A DNA stretch of 63,956 bases, counting the filler, from Circinaria calcarea (Eukaryota): the NCBI GenBank assembly GCA_051942165.1. It is 4 parts of 4 records of this genome, joined end to end, with 100 filler letters (N's around TTAATTAATTAA, not from the genome) between each part and the next. Parts side by side here need not be neighbours in the genome. Positions count along the whole stretch, not along the records: positions 16,186 to 32,252 come from JAVECS010000335.1; positions 32,353 to 48,414 come from JAVECS010000336.1; 2 more parts are not named here. One strand, written 5' to 3'. The notes under the pieces were generated by a model, which worked only from the letters and a program-made list of their open reading frames with translations, searched no databases and was not told where the DNA came from. The translations under genes and the position numbers were made by a program. Below are positions 26,373 to 35,710 of the stretch, piece by piece. Numbering within the stretch: the first letter of the stretch is position 1; every line of letters begins with the position of its first letter.

Positions 26373-27119
26373 ATGCATCTCCTTGACCTCCCTCTCGAAA
26401 TCCGCACCATGATCTACCAACACCTCACCCCCCCTCACCCGTGCCAAGGCACCCACTCCGAATGCGCCCAAAGTCTCGCCGACCACCGCAGCCTCCTCCT
26501 CACGAACCGCCAAATCTCCCACGAAGCCGCCTACAGCTACTACGCCCAGCACCACACGCATCTTCAGCTCGACGGCCGCACCATCTGGTGCTGCAACCCG
26601 ACCCGCCTCCTCGTCGGCTCGTTCCTCGATCCCCGCCTTCTTTCTGCTGCTGCTGCTGCTGCTTCTTCTCCTTCTTCTCCTTCTGCTGTCTACCCCACCT
26701 ACCTCCGCCGCAGCCGCAACCTCGTGCTCGAGATCACCAGTACGCCCGCCACCATCCAAGGTCCGCACGCGCCCATCGCGCGGCAGATTGGCCGCCTGCT
26801 CGCTTCTCTGCCCGGATTGAGCAAGGTTTCGGTTCGGCTGATCTGGCCGAGGGGCCGCTGGGTACCGGAGTTGGAAAGGCTCCCGCGCCAGATCTGGGAT
26901 GCGGTGGAGGGGGTTCAGGGGTTGAGGGAGGTGGTGCTGGTGTTGGGGGATTGGTGTGGGGAGTTGGGGAGTTTGAAGGAGATTAGGAAGGGGGAGAGAC
27001 TGTGCGTGAGGCTTCTCTCGCGGAGGGAGTTTTTCCACAGAGGGATTGGGTGGGTGCGCGAAAGTGGTTTAATAAAGTACGGTAGAATGCCGACATGCCC
27101 AGCCATGTTGTCGCGGTAA
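26373..27119 (+). CDS. F-box-like hypothetical protein with a poly-Ala microsatellite
   Basis: MHLLDLPLEIRTMIYQHL N-terminus and SLLLTNRQISHEA..YYA motif; strong C-to-G strand skew typical of genes here. Confidence 0.65.
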   Translation: MHLLDLPLEIRTMIYQHLTPPHPCQGTHSECAQSLADHRSLLLTNRQISHEAAYSYYAQHHTHLQLDGRTIWCCNPTRLLVGSFLDPRLLSAAAAAASSPSSPSAVYPTYLRRSRNLVLEITSTPATIQGPHAPIARQIGRLLASLPGLSKVSVRLIWPRGRWVPELERLPRQIWDAVEGVQGLREVVLVLGDWCGELGSLKEIRKGERLCVRLLSRREFFHRGIGWVRESGLIKYGRMPTCPAMLSR

Positions 27120-27439
27120 AGGAGGAAGAATGCAAATATAAGACATGAGCAAAACAAAATACTATTCCATACATATGTCTGCCCAAAACAGAGAGGGGGG
27201 GGGGTTTAAAAAGATGTATGATGGATCAGGAGATGGCGCATGCCGCGAACGGCATTGACCTCTGACCTGAATGGAATTAATTATGCTCGAAGCTGCGGTC
27301 TAGACATTCGAATCCCATCACCGCCTGGGGTGTCTCTTTCCGGCTGCGCGTTTTCCTACCATGCAAAGACATGCTTGGGAAACAGCTTGAGGACTAAGTG
27401 AATGTTTGGATATATATACACTGAAAAACCGTTCCCCCG

Positions 27440-27836
27440 ACGCCGAGATTTCCCCCGGCCAAATATTGTACTGGGAAACTGAATCGAGGTTTCCCACGCA
27501 GAATAATTTCCCCCGGAGCCTAAAAGTTTCCCACGCTAAAAGGTTGTACTGGGAAACTGAATTAAGGTTTCCTAGTACAAAAAGTTCCTCCGACGCTGAG
27601 GTTTCCCACGCCAAATTCTGTATTGGGAAACTGATTTAAGGTTTCCCAGTACAGAAAGTTTCTCCGGAACTAAGGTTTCCCACGCCAAAATTTTGTACTG
27701 GGAAACCGATTTAAGGTTTCCCACGTAGAAAGTTTCGCCGGCGCTAAGGTTTCCCACGCCAAATTTTGTACTGGGAAACTGATTTAAGGTTTCCCAGTAC
27801 AAAAAGTTTCTCCGGAACTAAGATTTCCTACGCCAA
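27440..27836. repeat. Tandem array of five ~75-bp units, each with a GTACTGGGAAAC-N9-GTTTCCCAGTAC-type inverted repeat
   Basis: GTA(C/T)TGGGAAAC starts at 27468, 27546, 27620, 27695 and 27768 (periods 78, 74, 75, 73). Confidence 0.93.
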
Positions 27837-27844
27837 TCGACCTT

Positions 27845-28229
27845 TTGAAAATCGTCTCCATTCTACGTCTACTGATCTGGGGGAGTGATAAGACATGGGT
27901 GGTCGGAGTCGCCGTATTTCGCTCCACCCCATCCCTCGAGCTCCCATCATCCACACCGCCCAAGCTCCTGGTCGTGAAGCGCGCCGAACATGAAGACATC
28001 CTTCCAAACAGCTGCGAACTTCGCGGCGGTCCGCCAGAGTATCGCGCGGGAAACCCTGGGAAAAACCGGCCTGATGATCGACCAGATCGTTGGAGAATTC
28101 GACGCGATGCGTTGGACATCCCGGTCGGGGACCAAGGAAAACGTCCCATGCCACGTACCCACTCCAAGTCCCTTATTCCAAGTCAAGGGAAACTGCCAAT
28201 CCCTCCAAGTTCAATACGTACCTAGGTAG
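27845..28229 (+). pseudogene. Nudix hydrolase pseudogene
   Basis: VVGVAVF..KLLVVKRAEHEDILPNSCELRGG in one frame continues as RQSIARETLGKTGLMIDQIVGEF in another; Nudix box shortened and its Glu residues lost; no ATG start. Confidence 0.7.
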
Positions 28230-28903
28230 ACCGAGAATAACCGAGCATCCCCTCCACTCTGCTATGTATAGGCTTTGAATTCGGGTGATTAGTGGTTGAG
28301 GGAAAAGGGGTTGGGTGGGTGATCACGAGCGAATAGCGGTTGTTGTATGTTTTTTATCTGTTTTGTGGGGCCTGGGGGGGAAAACGGGGGGAGGTGGTTT
28401 TGGTGGTGACTGCTCGTAAATTCAAAGTTTTGGGATTTCACGGGCCTAAGTTGCAGTTTTATAGCACGCCAAATCAACTTCAATGTTTGTTAGTACGGTG
28501 CTATACGAGTAGTAGTGGTGCAGAAGGCAGAGGCAAGGGTCAGGGGCAAGGGCAGGGGTCAATGCAGCTTTCCATGCCAGACATACAGTTATAGGAGCTT
28601 GGGATTACCACCCTGAAGCTGCATATGCGGCTCGGCATTGGTGATATGCAGACCGCTACCGGATAAAGTCCTTTAAACTTCATTTCTGCCTTGACCGAGG
28701 ATTTGAATCGCATCCGTTTATTATTCCAGTGAATACCGCCTTTTTTCCCAGCGGTTCTTCAGTGACGTAATAGGGTGATTGAAGCGGGAGGAAATAAGTA
28801 TAGGAATACTCTGAATATTCTCCTTCCTGTTTTCCCATTTACCATCAATGGCTTATCAGTTCTTTATTATACGTTGGAAAACCATCAAACTAGATCAGCT
28901 AGA

Positions 28904-29950
28904 ATGGCATTGAGAGCAACCAAAGGCGTAGCGCTTGTCACTGGAGCAAGTTCCCCCCCCACAGAAACCTACCGAAAGATTCGAGGTCAATCATCGGCTA
29001 ACCGAATCTCCCTCTTAGGCTGCTGGGGGAATAGGCCGCGACACCGTTTTCTCCTTTGCCGAGGCTGGGGCAGTCGGAATAGTCGTGGCAGACCTGAACG
29101 TGAAAGGGGCTCAAGAGACGGCGGAGAAGAGCAAGAAGTTTGCAGCACATCCGAATTACCGTACCGTTGTAGTCGGTGTCGACGTGACGGATCCAGCTAG
29201 TGTGAAGGCCATGGTGGATGCAACCGTTGAAGAATTCGGGAGGATCGATTACAGCGTTCATTGTGCCGGGGTAAAAACGATTCTTCCAGTTCAGATTGAA
29301 CGAACGATCGTCAAGACTGACAGAGCAATGGTTGATAGGTCGGTGTAGATGCATACACGCCGGTAGCCGATTCTTCAGTAGAAGAGTTCATGAAAGTCCT
29401 TGATATCAATGCAAAGGGCACGATGCTCTGTGTCCGCGCAGCATCCCAGGCAATGTCGAATCAAGAGCCCCTTACTATAGAGGGTAGATATGGGTCCCGC
29501 AGTATTGGTCGAGGATCAATCGTCAACCTTGGGTCGGCTGTCTCCTACATGGCAGTACCTGGCGCAGTCGGATATGTCGCGTCAAAACATGCCGTGTTAG
29601 GGATAACCAAGACAGCCGGTAAGCCGCCGCGACGAAACCCCTCCCCCTTTGTTTAATCTAGCACTGATAACTGGTCTTGGCGTGTCAAAGCACTGGATAA
29701 CGTCGCCCACGGGATCCGCGTCAATGTGGTATGCCCGTCATGGGTCAGAACTCCAATGATGGATCGCGACTTGGAACAAGAGCCAACGCTTCGGGACATG
29801 ATCAAGAAGGCCTCACCACTAGGAAGGATGGCAGAGCCGGATGAGGTGAGCGAGCTCATCGTCTACTTGTGCAGTCCGGCGGCCAGCTATATAAACGGGA
29901 TAGGACTCATCGTCGATAGCGGTGTGACGCTATCCATGAACCTGGGTTAG
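28904..29950 (+). CDS. Short-chain dehydrogenase/reductase (4 exons; first intron GC-AG)
   Basis: VALVTG|AAGGIG after splicing, GRIDYSVHCAG, SIVNLGS, YVASK catalytic motif, GIRVNVVCPSW. Confidence 0.92.
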
Positions 29951-30615
29951 ATTCTGATCTGCGTCTGGGCTACAATACCTTCCAACTTGAAGCATGGCCA
30001 TGTTTACGTGCACAGCGAGTAACTTAATAAACGTTTATTACTACAGTAGATTTGCACGATAGATGCCTCGATGAATTGCTCTTCGTAGCTATATACTATA
30101 GAACGCAGTTACTCAAATGATCCATAGATTGCTAAACCGTATTCGAACTCCGCAAATCCGAGCCCTGGAAAGGCGAATGCGACTGCAAACGGCGTATATT
30201 AGATATACGCCCTGTGGGATTATTCGTAGACGTATTTATACTATCTACTGACAGTATCCCCCCCTTGCCTAAGAACTAACTCCTAAGGTTGAATCCAATG
30301 GTATGCATCATGGTTAATGAGCTACGTGTGCAATCCGCAGCAAGCTAAAGCGTATTTCGAGACTCCTGGTGAAAACTCATAGATGCTAGGTTGCCGACCT
30401 GAAGCCGAATTGCTAAACGATCCTTTGGCTTCCTGCAATATTGTTAGGAACCCATCCGGAGTAGCAATCCTCAAACCCTGCAACACTATCTTCATTACTA
30501 CGTGCCCCATCGTCGATCCGCATTCCCATGTCTCCTACTCAAACAATTGGAAGAATGGATCGTCACCATCCAAGGTCTTACTCACCACCTTCCCGCTGCC
30601 ATCCATGTACCGTTA

Positions 30616-31614
30616 TTACTTGGATTCTCCGGCCTTTTCCTTGCTTCCTCCGGTGACAGAGGCGAAGATTCCAAGTAGACTTTCGAGCTCCCCTGGTGGT
30701 GTCCTACCCATACCGCACTCAGTGGCTACTCCAAAAGGCTTAGAGTAAGTCTTCTGCGCCACCTCAATCCTCTTCTTTGTACCTTCTTCATCGTTGGCGT
30801 GAACCAGGCCGAGGAACAGCTGCGTGTCCTTCAGCGTCAGGTTTGCCATTGGCTTGAAGTAAGCTTCATCGATCCTATCTTTTGGCACCGGCATATGAAT
30901 GTAGGTAACATGGTGGATGGGACCGAGAGTCTGGACAACCGTATTTGCGATTTCGACCAAGAGTTCGGCGTCAGTAGGCTGTACAAAGTGCATATGGGCA
31001 AAGTCACCATAACAGAGATGAAAGCCCAACTGAACGTCAGCGTTGACTGCCTTAGTAATGCGGGTCAAACGCTCGAACAGGCCGGCCTTCACAGGTGAGA
31101 AGTATGCCTTGAAATATGGATCTTCCAACCGTCCTTGGTCGGACTCAAGTGCGGCAATCTCAGTCGGAAGGTCCAACTGAATTGACAAATCGGACGCAGG
31201 AATGCTGTCCTGGATGTGGCGAAGAGCTTGCAGCAGCCGTTCCTCATACAGCGGCTCGATGCTCGACCAGTACTCGGTCTCAATGAAGCCACGCACCACG
31301 CTGTAGGGACTTGGGAGTGCCACTTGAAAGCGCACCCCAGAAGGGATGGTCCCGGCGGTTCGAAGTTCGTAGAATGTTTTGTATGAAGCGAGTGCTCGAT
31401 CGTCATATCCTGTAGGCTTGATATCCGAGAGACTGTACTTGACCGTGGTGGTTGGAAGGGGCCGCCACCCCAACGTGGTTGCACAAGCTCTATGGGGAAC
31501 ACGGTGAAGGCTGGAGGGGAGAGCTCCAAGGAGTTTCGTGTAGACTTCTGATGCAGAACTGAGAGGAAGACTGCCGAGGAAAAGGACTTCTGTTGGCGGT
31601 GTTTGGGAGCTCAT
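30616..31614 (-). CDS. UROD/MetE-like (cobalamin-independent methionine synthase-like) protein, intronless, with a probable N-terminal internal deletion
   Basis: GSLPL, GYDDRALASY, VRFQVALPSP, LGFHLCYGD..H.HFVQP, IHMPVPKDR, FGVATECGMGRTP motifs. Confidence 0.75.
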   Translation of the reverse strand: MSSQTPPTEVLFLGSLPLSSASEVYTKLLGALPSSLHRVPHRACATTLGWRPLPTTTVKYSLSDIKPTGYDDRALASYKTFYELRTAGTIPSGVRFQVALPSPYSVVRGFIETEYWSSIEPLYEERLLQALRHIQDSIPASDLSIQLDLPTEIAALESDQGRLEDPYFKAYFSPVKAGLFERLTRITKAVNADVQLGFHLCYGDFAHMHFVQPTDAELLVEIANTVVQTLGPIHHVTYIHMPVPKDRIDEAYFKPMANLTLKDTQLFLGLVHANDEEGTKKRIEVAQKTYSKPFGVATECGMGRTPPGELESLLGIFASVTGGSKEKAGESK

Positions 31615-32252
31615 TCTGCTGATGTGCTAAAGGTAAAATCTGATCCTTATCTTGATGGGTGAAACAGGTGAGATGTTTATAGTCGAAGGGACTCTAGAGG
31701 AGAGTTGAGAATGCCGACTGGCTGTTTAGCATTAAATACGCAAGGCGTAAATTATAATGCTCTTGCACATATGTGCCAAAGGATTTCAGAGATAAGCTAT
31801 GAGAATAGGTACGAGCGGTGATCATACGATGAACTGTGCGGCGTGCCGTATTAACCTGTGACTCTCTAAAACCGATAATGTGCTCCAGACTGCTGTGCAG
31901 CCTCAGAATTCCCATTACGGGAAGGATCAGCCCACCCGTTATGATATTCTGCTTCGCATTTCCATAACAATTTTTTTACCGACCCTAAATAGTATGTCGG
32001 GGGGTATAGAAATAATTCGCCGATGTTATAAAGCTCAAGCTGTCGTGAGCTATCAAGTAAGAAGCGTTCAAATAGACGTGGCCGAGTTAGCAACTTCGGC
32101 CGATATGCACCCACGCGGTTGACAGAATTCTCGGCACACCAAAACTCCGCCCCACCTATATTCTACGCAACACCACATACATTTACTTAGTAGGTGTAGG
32201 AAATTCGTGATTTAATTTATGATTCCAAGAATAGGAGAGGTGACTCGACGTT

Positions 32253-32352
32253 NNNNNNNNNNNNNNNNNNNNNNNNNNNNNNNNNNNNNNNNNNNNTTAA
32301 TTAATTAANNNNNNNNNNNNNNNNNNNNNNNNNNNNNNNNNNNNNNNNNNNN
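32253..32352. other. Artificial contig spacer
   Basis: Same 100-nt N/TTAATTAATTAA linker. Confidence 0.97.
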
Positions 32353-32984
32353 GCCGTCAGGAGGTGGATGGAAAACGAAACCTGCCCCAGGTGGTGGGGC
32401 GGTCTTTGATTTAGGGACTCATTTAATAGATCAAGTCGTGGTTCTTTTTGGATTACCGAAGAGGATTACCGGGTTCGTCGGGACACAACGTGAAAACAAT
32501 GCGCATGGCTTGGAAGATTCATGCACTGTGCTTCTACATTACGACGTGATGCTGGCCACCGTCAAAGCTGCAGTCGTGAGTCCAGAGGTCAACCAACTGC
32601 GGTATTGGGTTAGGGGGACCGAAGGAAGCTATAAGAAGGTAAACACATCGCTTTAAAGTTTTATTCCTATGCTGACAAATTTAGTTTCATCTAGATTGTC
32701 AAGAAGATCACCTGAAGGCGGGAAAGAAACCTGGTGACAAAGGGTTCGGAGTAGAACCGAAGGAACGACATGGGACTTTGACTGTGGCGAATGGGACTAG
32801 CATTTCAGAAGAGGTCTATCCTACATTGGAGCCCGTAACTTATCAGACATTCTATACAAAGGTTGCAAAGGCCCTTGCCGGGCAAGGAGAGATACCTGTG
32901 GAGCCAAAGGGGCCTGCAGCAGTGATTCGACTAATCGAGTTGGCAAAGCGGAGTTCCAAGGAAGGCAGGACGATTGATGTATGA
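32353..32984 (+). CDS. Gfo/Idh/MocA-family oxidoreductase, C-terminal part (5' truncated; intron ~32639-32683)
   Basis: WK..PAPGGGAVFDLGTHLIDQ, LRYWVRGTEGSYKK|FHLDCQEDHLKAG, VIRLIELAKRSSKEGRT. Confidence 0.85.
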
Positions 32985-33298
32985 GGAACTGGATCAATCA
33001 GTTGGCTCGTCTCATAACAGCTTGTATGCGACTGGATTCCGTGGTTCAGTAAGCTAGGGATACTCTCAAACTTTGCTCGTTACCAAATTAGTTGTTCAAC
33101 GTTGAAAAGCAAATAATAAAAGCGACCCTATTGAATAACTCTCTTGCATGTCAACAACCTTGAGAGCCAGAATGTAGCTAGAGATTCGAGATACAGAATG
33201 GGGATATCCCAGCTACATCTGTTCCTTTCGACGCATGGGAAACTGCAACTACTCAAGTATAATTCCTGACTGTTGACTACTGTATCCGATAGTTTACC

Positions 33299-33979
33299 AG
33301 GCACTTGGGGGAAGTCGCCGGGTTTTTTTAAAGTAATTTCCCCGGTGGCGTAAAAAATACGGAAATATGCAATTTCATATTCTACCCTTTTATTCTTAAT
33401 TGATTCACCTTCTATTGTATTAGTGGAAGGTGGCTATTATTAAGATTGTTGTAGAAGGTCGCTGTTATTGTCGCAAAGACCTAGTGTCGTACTGTCGTAG
33501 AGGTTACTGTCATAGAGATAGCTGCCGTACTATAGAGGTTATTGCCGTTATTAGTCTTACAATAGTGGTATTACGATATAATACTATTGCGACAGCGATC
33601 TGCTGGAAACCGCGACAATAGACTTGATTTATTATATTAGCCTTGGGCCAGGGCTTTTTAGGTTAATACCTTGCTGATAACAATGTTCCTTAAAATACTC
33701 TTCTGACATAAGGGGTTAAGGTATGAAGTTGCATAGCTTATCCCTTAAATCGTTATTCTGGCACACCGAACCGTGTATACTTCAGCTTCTGGTTCATGCC
33801 AGCCTAGCTTGGCCAATTCCAACATTGGATCCAAGAAACGCACGGTTCGGTGTGCCAGAGCAACAGTTTAAGGGACAGAGAGATGAGATTCTATATTCCC
33901 GTTTTTATTTCACTATCGGGTAAATTATCTTTAAAACCCGGACGACTTCCCCCGTCGACTTCCCCCCAAGTGCCTTGCT
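33299..33979. mobile_element. Non-autonomous DNA transposon (MITE, possibly Mutator-like) with ~90-bp imperfect TIRs
   Basis: Left end AGGCACTTGGGGGAAGTCGCCGGGTTTTTTTAAAGTAATTTCCCCG matches the reverse complement of ~33870-33975; flanks ATAGTTTACC (33289) and ATAGTTTGCC (33980). Confidence 0.8.
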
Positions 33980-34060
33980 ATAGTTTGCCTTGCATTTCCA
34001 CCCTTGGTCCTATCATCACAGTTATCAAATCAATATTTCCAATCCCCTCAATCGGTGCTA

Positions 34061-34905
34061 ATGCCCTCTTCCCAATCTTATTCTGCCCAATCCATCTATA
34101 CCCCCCGCGCTTCTACCTACGATGCCGGCTGGCACCCTGCCCACGCTCTTTCCCTTCTCTCTCATGTGTCTCTCTTTCCAGGCCAACACGTCCTGGATCT
34201 GGCCTGTGGAACTGGCCTCGTCACCATTCCGGCCGCTCGCGCAGTTGGCCCCTCCGGTACAGTCACGGGCGTCGATATAACGGATGCGATGCTGGAAACC
34301 GCGCGGAGAAAAGCTGCAGGGACGGGACTGCATGTCAAGTGGGTAAAGGGGGATGTGATGGAATTGGACGAATTGGGGTTGAGGGAAGAAGGGTACGATC
34401 TCATCACTTGTGCGAGCTGCCTTCCATGGCTGGAGGAGCCGGGGAGAGCGATCAGGAGCTGGGCGGGGTATCTGAAGAGTGGGGAAGATTAGTGGTGGAT
34501 GTCCCGACGGAGAGGTCACAATTGCCAAGTCTGGTATTTGAGGGGGTGGCGGTGGAGATGGGCGCGGGGTTACCTTACGGACGCCTCTGGATCAGAGACA
34601 AAAGATCTCTGGAAAGGCTATTTATGGAGGCGGGCTTAGTGGTGGAGGAGAGTGTTATTATAGCCGGATTTGGCTCCGCGAATGTGTACACCGCCGAGGA
34701 AGGAGAGTTGTTGTTTGATAAATGGGTAGCAGGGGAGTTGGGAAAAAAGATAAGAGAAGGACCAATGGAGGAAGCGAGGAAGCTTTATGGCAAAAAGTGG
34801 AGGGAGAGAGCAGGAACAGATGGAATGGTGAGGGAGCAGGAGGGCTTCTACGTGTGCGTTGGAACGAAGGGTAAGTTTAGCGGGGAGAAATCACTGCAAG
34901 GGTAA
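34061..34905 (+). CDS. Class I SAM-dependent methyltransferase (UbiE-like) with a 1-nt frameshift near 34484
   Basis: VLDLACGTG, VTGVDITDAML, YDLITCAS; frame switches at LKSG/(G)RLVVDVP within a G run. Confidence 0.8.
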
Positions 34906-35066
34906 GGCAATGATACACAGATGGAAGACCTAGAAAGGCCGTTGTCAAGAACGAGTCGCCATGTTGGATTACCTCAGGCTCGAATCAAGGTTGGTTTGGT
35001 ACTAGGAATCGTGATCGCAAATGAACACGCTAACGTCCGTGCCCCTGAATGTACAGAGTCCGTTTT

Positions 35067-35710
35067 TCAGAATTGCGTATGCCCCTCATTACACTCGCGA
35101 TCCCTTTGTTGGAGACCCGAAGGTACATTCACCGCCCACTTCGCCGGCGGGAGATTTTGATACTGTCCAAACATCTCTTCCAGATCCCTCTTCGTCCAAG
35201 TCCTCTCCGGTTCCGTTCCGATATACTCGTTCGCCTCGTTTCGGGCAAAAATAACGTTGATACTCCCTCCGAGGCATCTTTACGACAGTCATTGGCTGTT
35301 CTTTGCTACTGGTGCGGAATTTGATCTTGGATAGCATGGAGGATCTTCTCCTCCTTTGGAGTGAACGGGGAGTTTCAAGTTAGTGACTTATGCACAAAGA
35401 GAATCACGCAGAGTACAGGAATATGGTCTTGAGAACCAAGTCCAGGGGTGAAGACCTTACGGTAGTTCCTCTGTGGTCCGCAGCGTCACCGCCGCAGGAA
35501 TGATGCTTTCATCGGTAAACGCATGCGGAAGGAACTGTGGTGCATTGGCTACAAAGCCACCCTCCGGTACACTCGCCCATCCGGATGATTTGTATGCTTG
35601 CTGGGGGCGGTGAATGCTTGCGACAGGCCGCCATTTATCAACGTGTCAGCCTGAGAGGGAGTAATAGAGGAGGCTTCGACCGAGCTCCAATGATCCTTGG
35701 ATGAAGCCAT
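35067..35710 (-). pseudogene. Frameshifted small conserved-type fungal gene
   Basis: VVKMPRREYQRYF continues as ARNEANEYIGTEPERTW..DLEEMFGQYQ after removing one base in the A run at 35247-35251; intron near 35356-35460; second frameshift upstream. Confidence 0.5.

Noticed and set aside
26358..27038. 226-aa antisense ORF
   Set aside because: Overlaps the GC-rich F-box-like gene, and the recognisable motif is on the plus strand
27300..27325. tRNA-like TTCGAATCCC
   Set aside because: No T-stem, acceptor stem or D-arm could be formed around it
27318..27802. Repeat-protein ORFs (YWETE..) over the array
   Set aside because: Unit lengths 78/74/75/73 shift the frame, so these ORFs are by-products of the repeat
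27440..27836. CRISPR array
   Set aside because: Sequences between the palindromes are themselves repeated rather than unique spacers, the context is eukaryotic, and there are no cas genes
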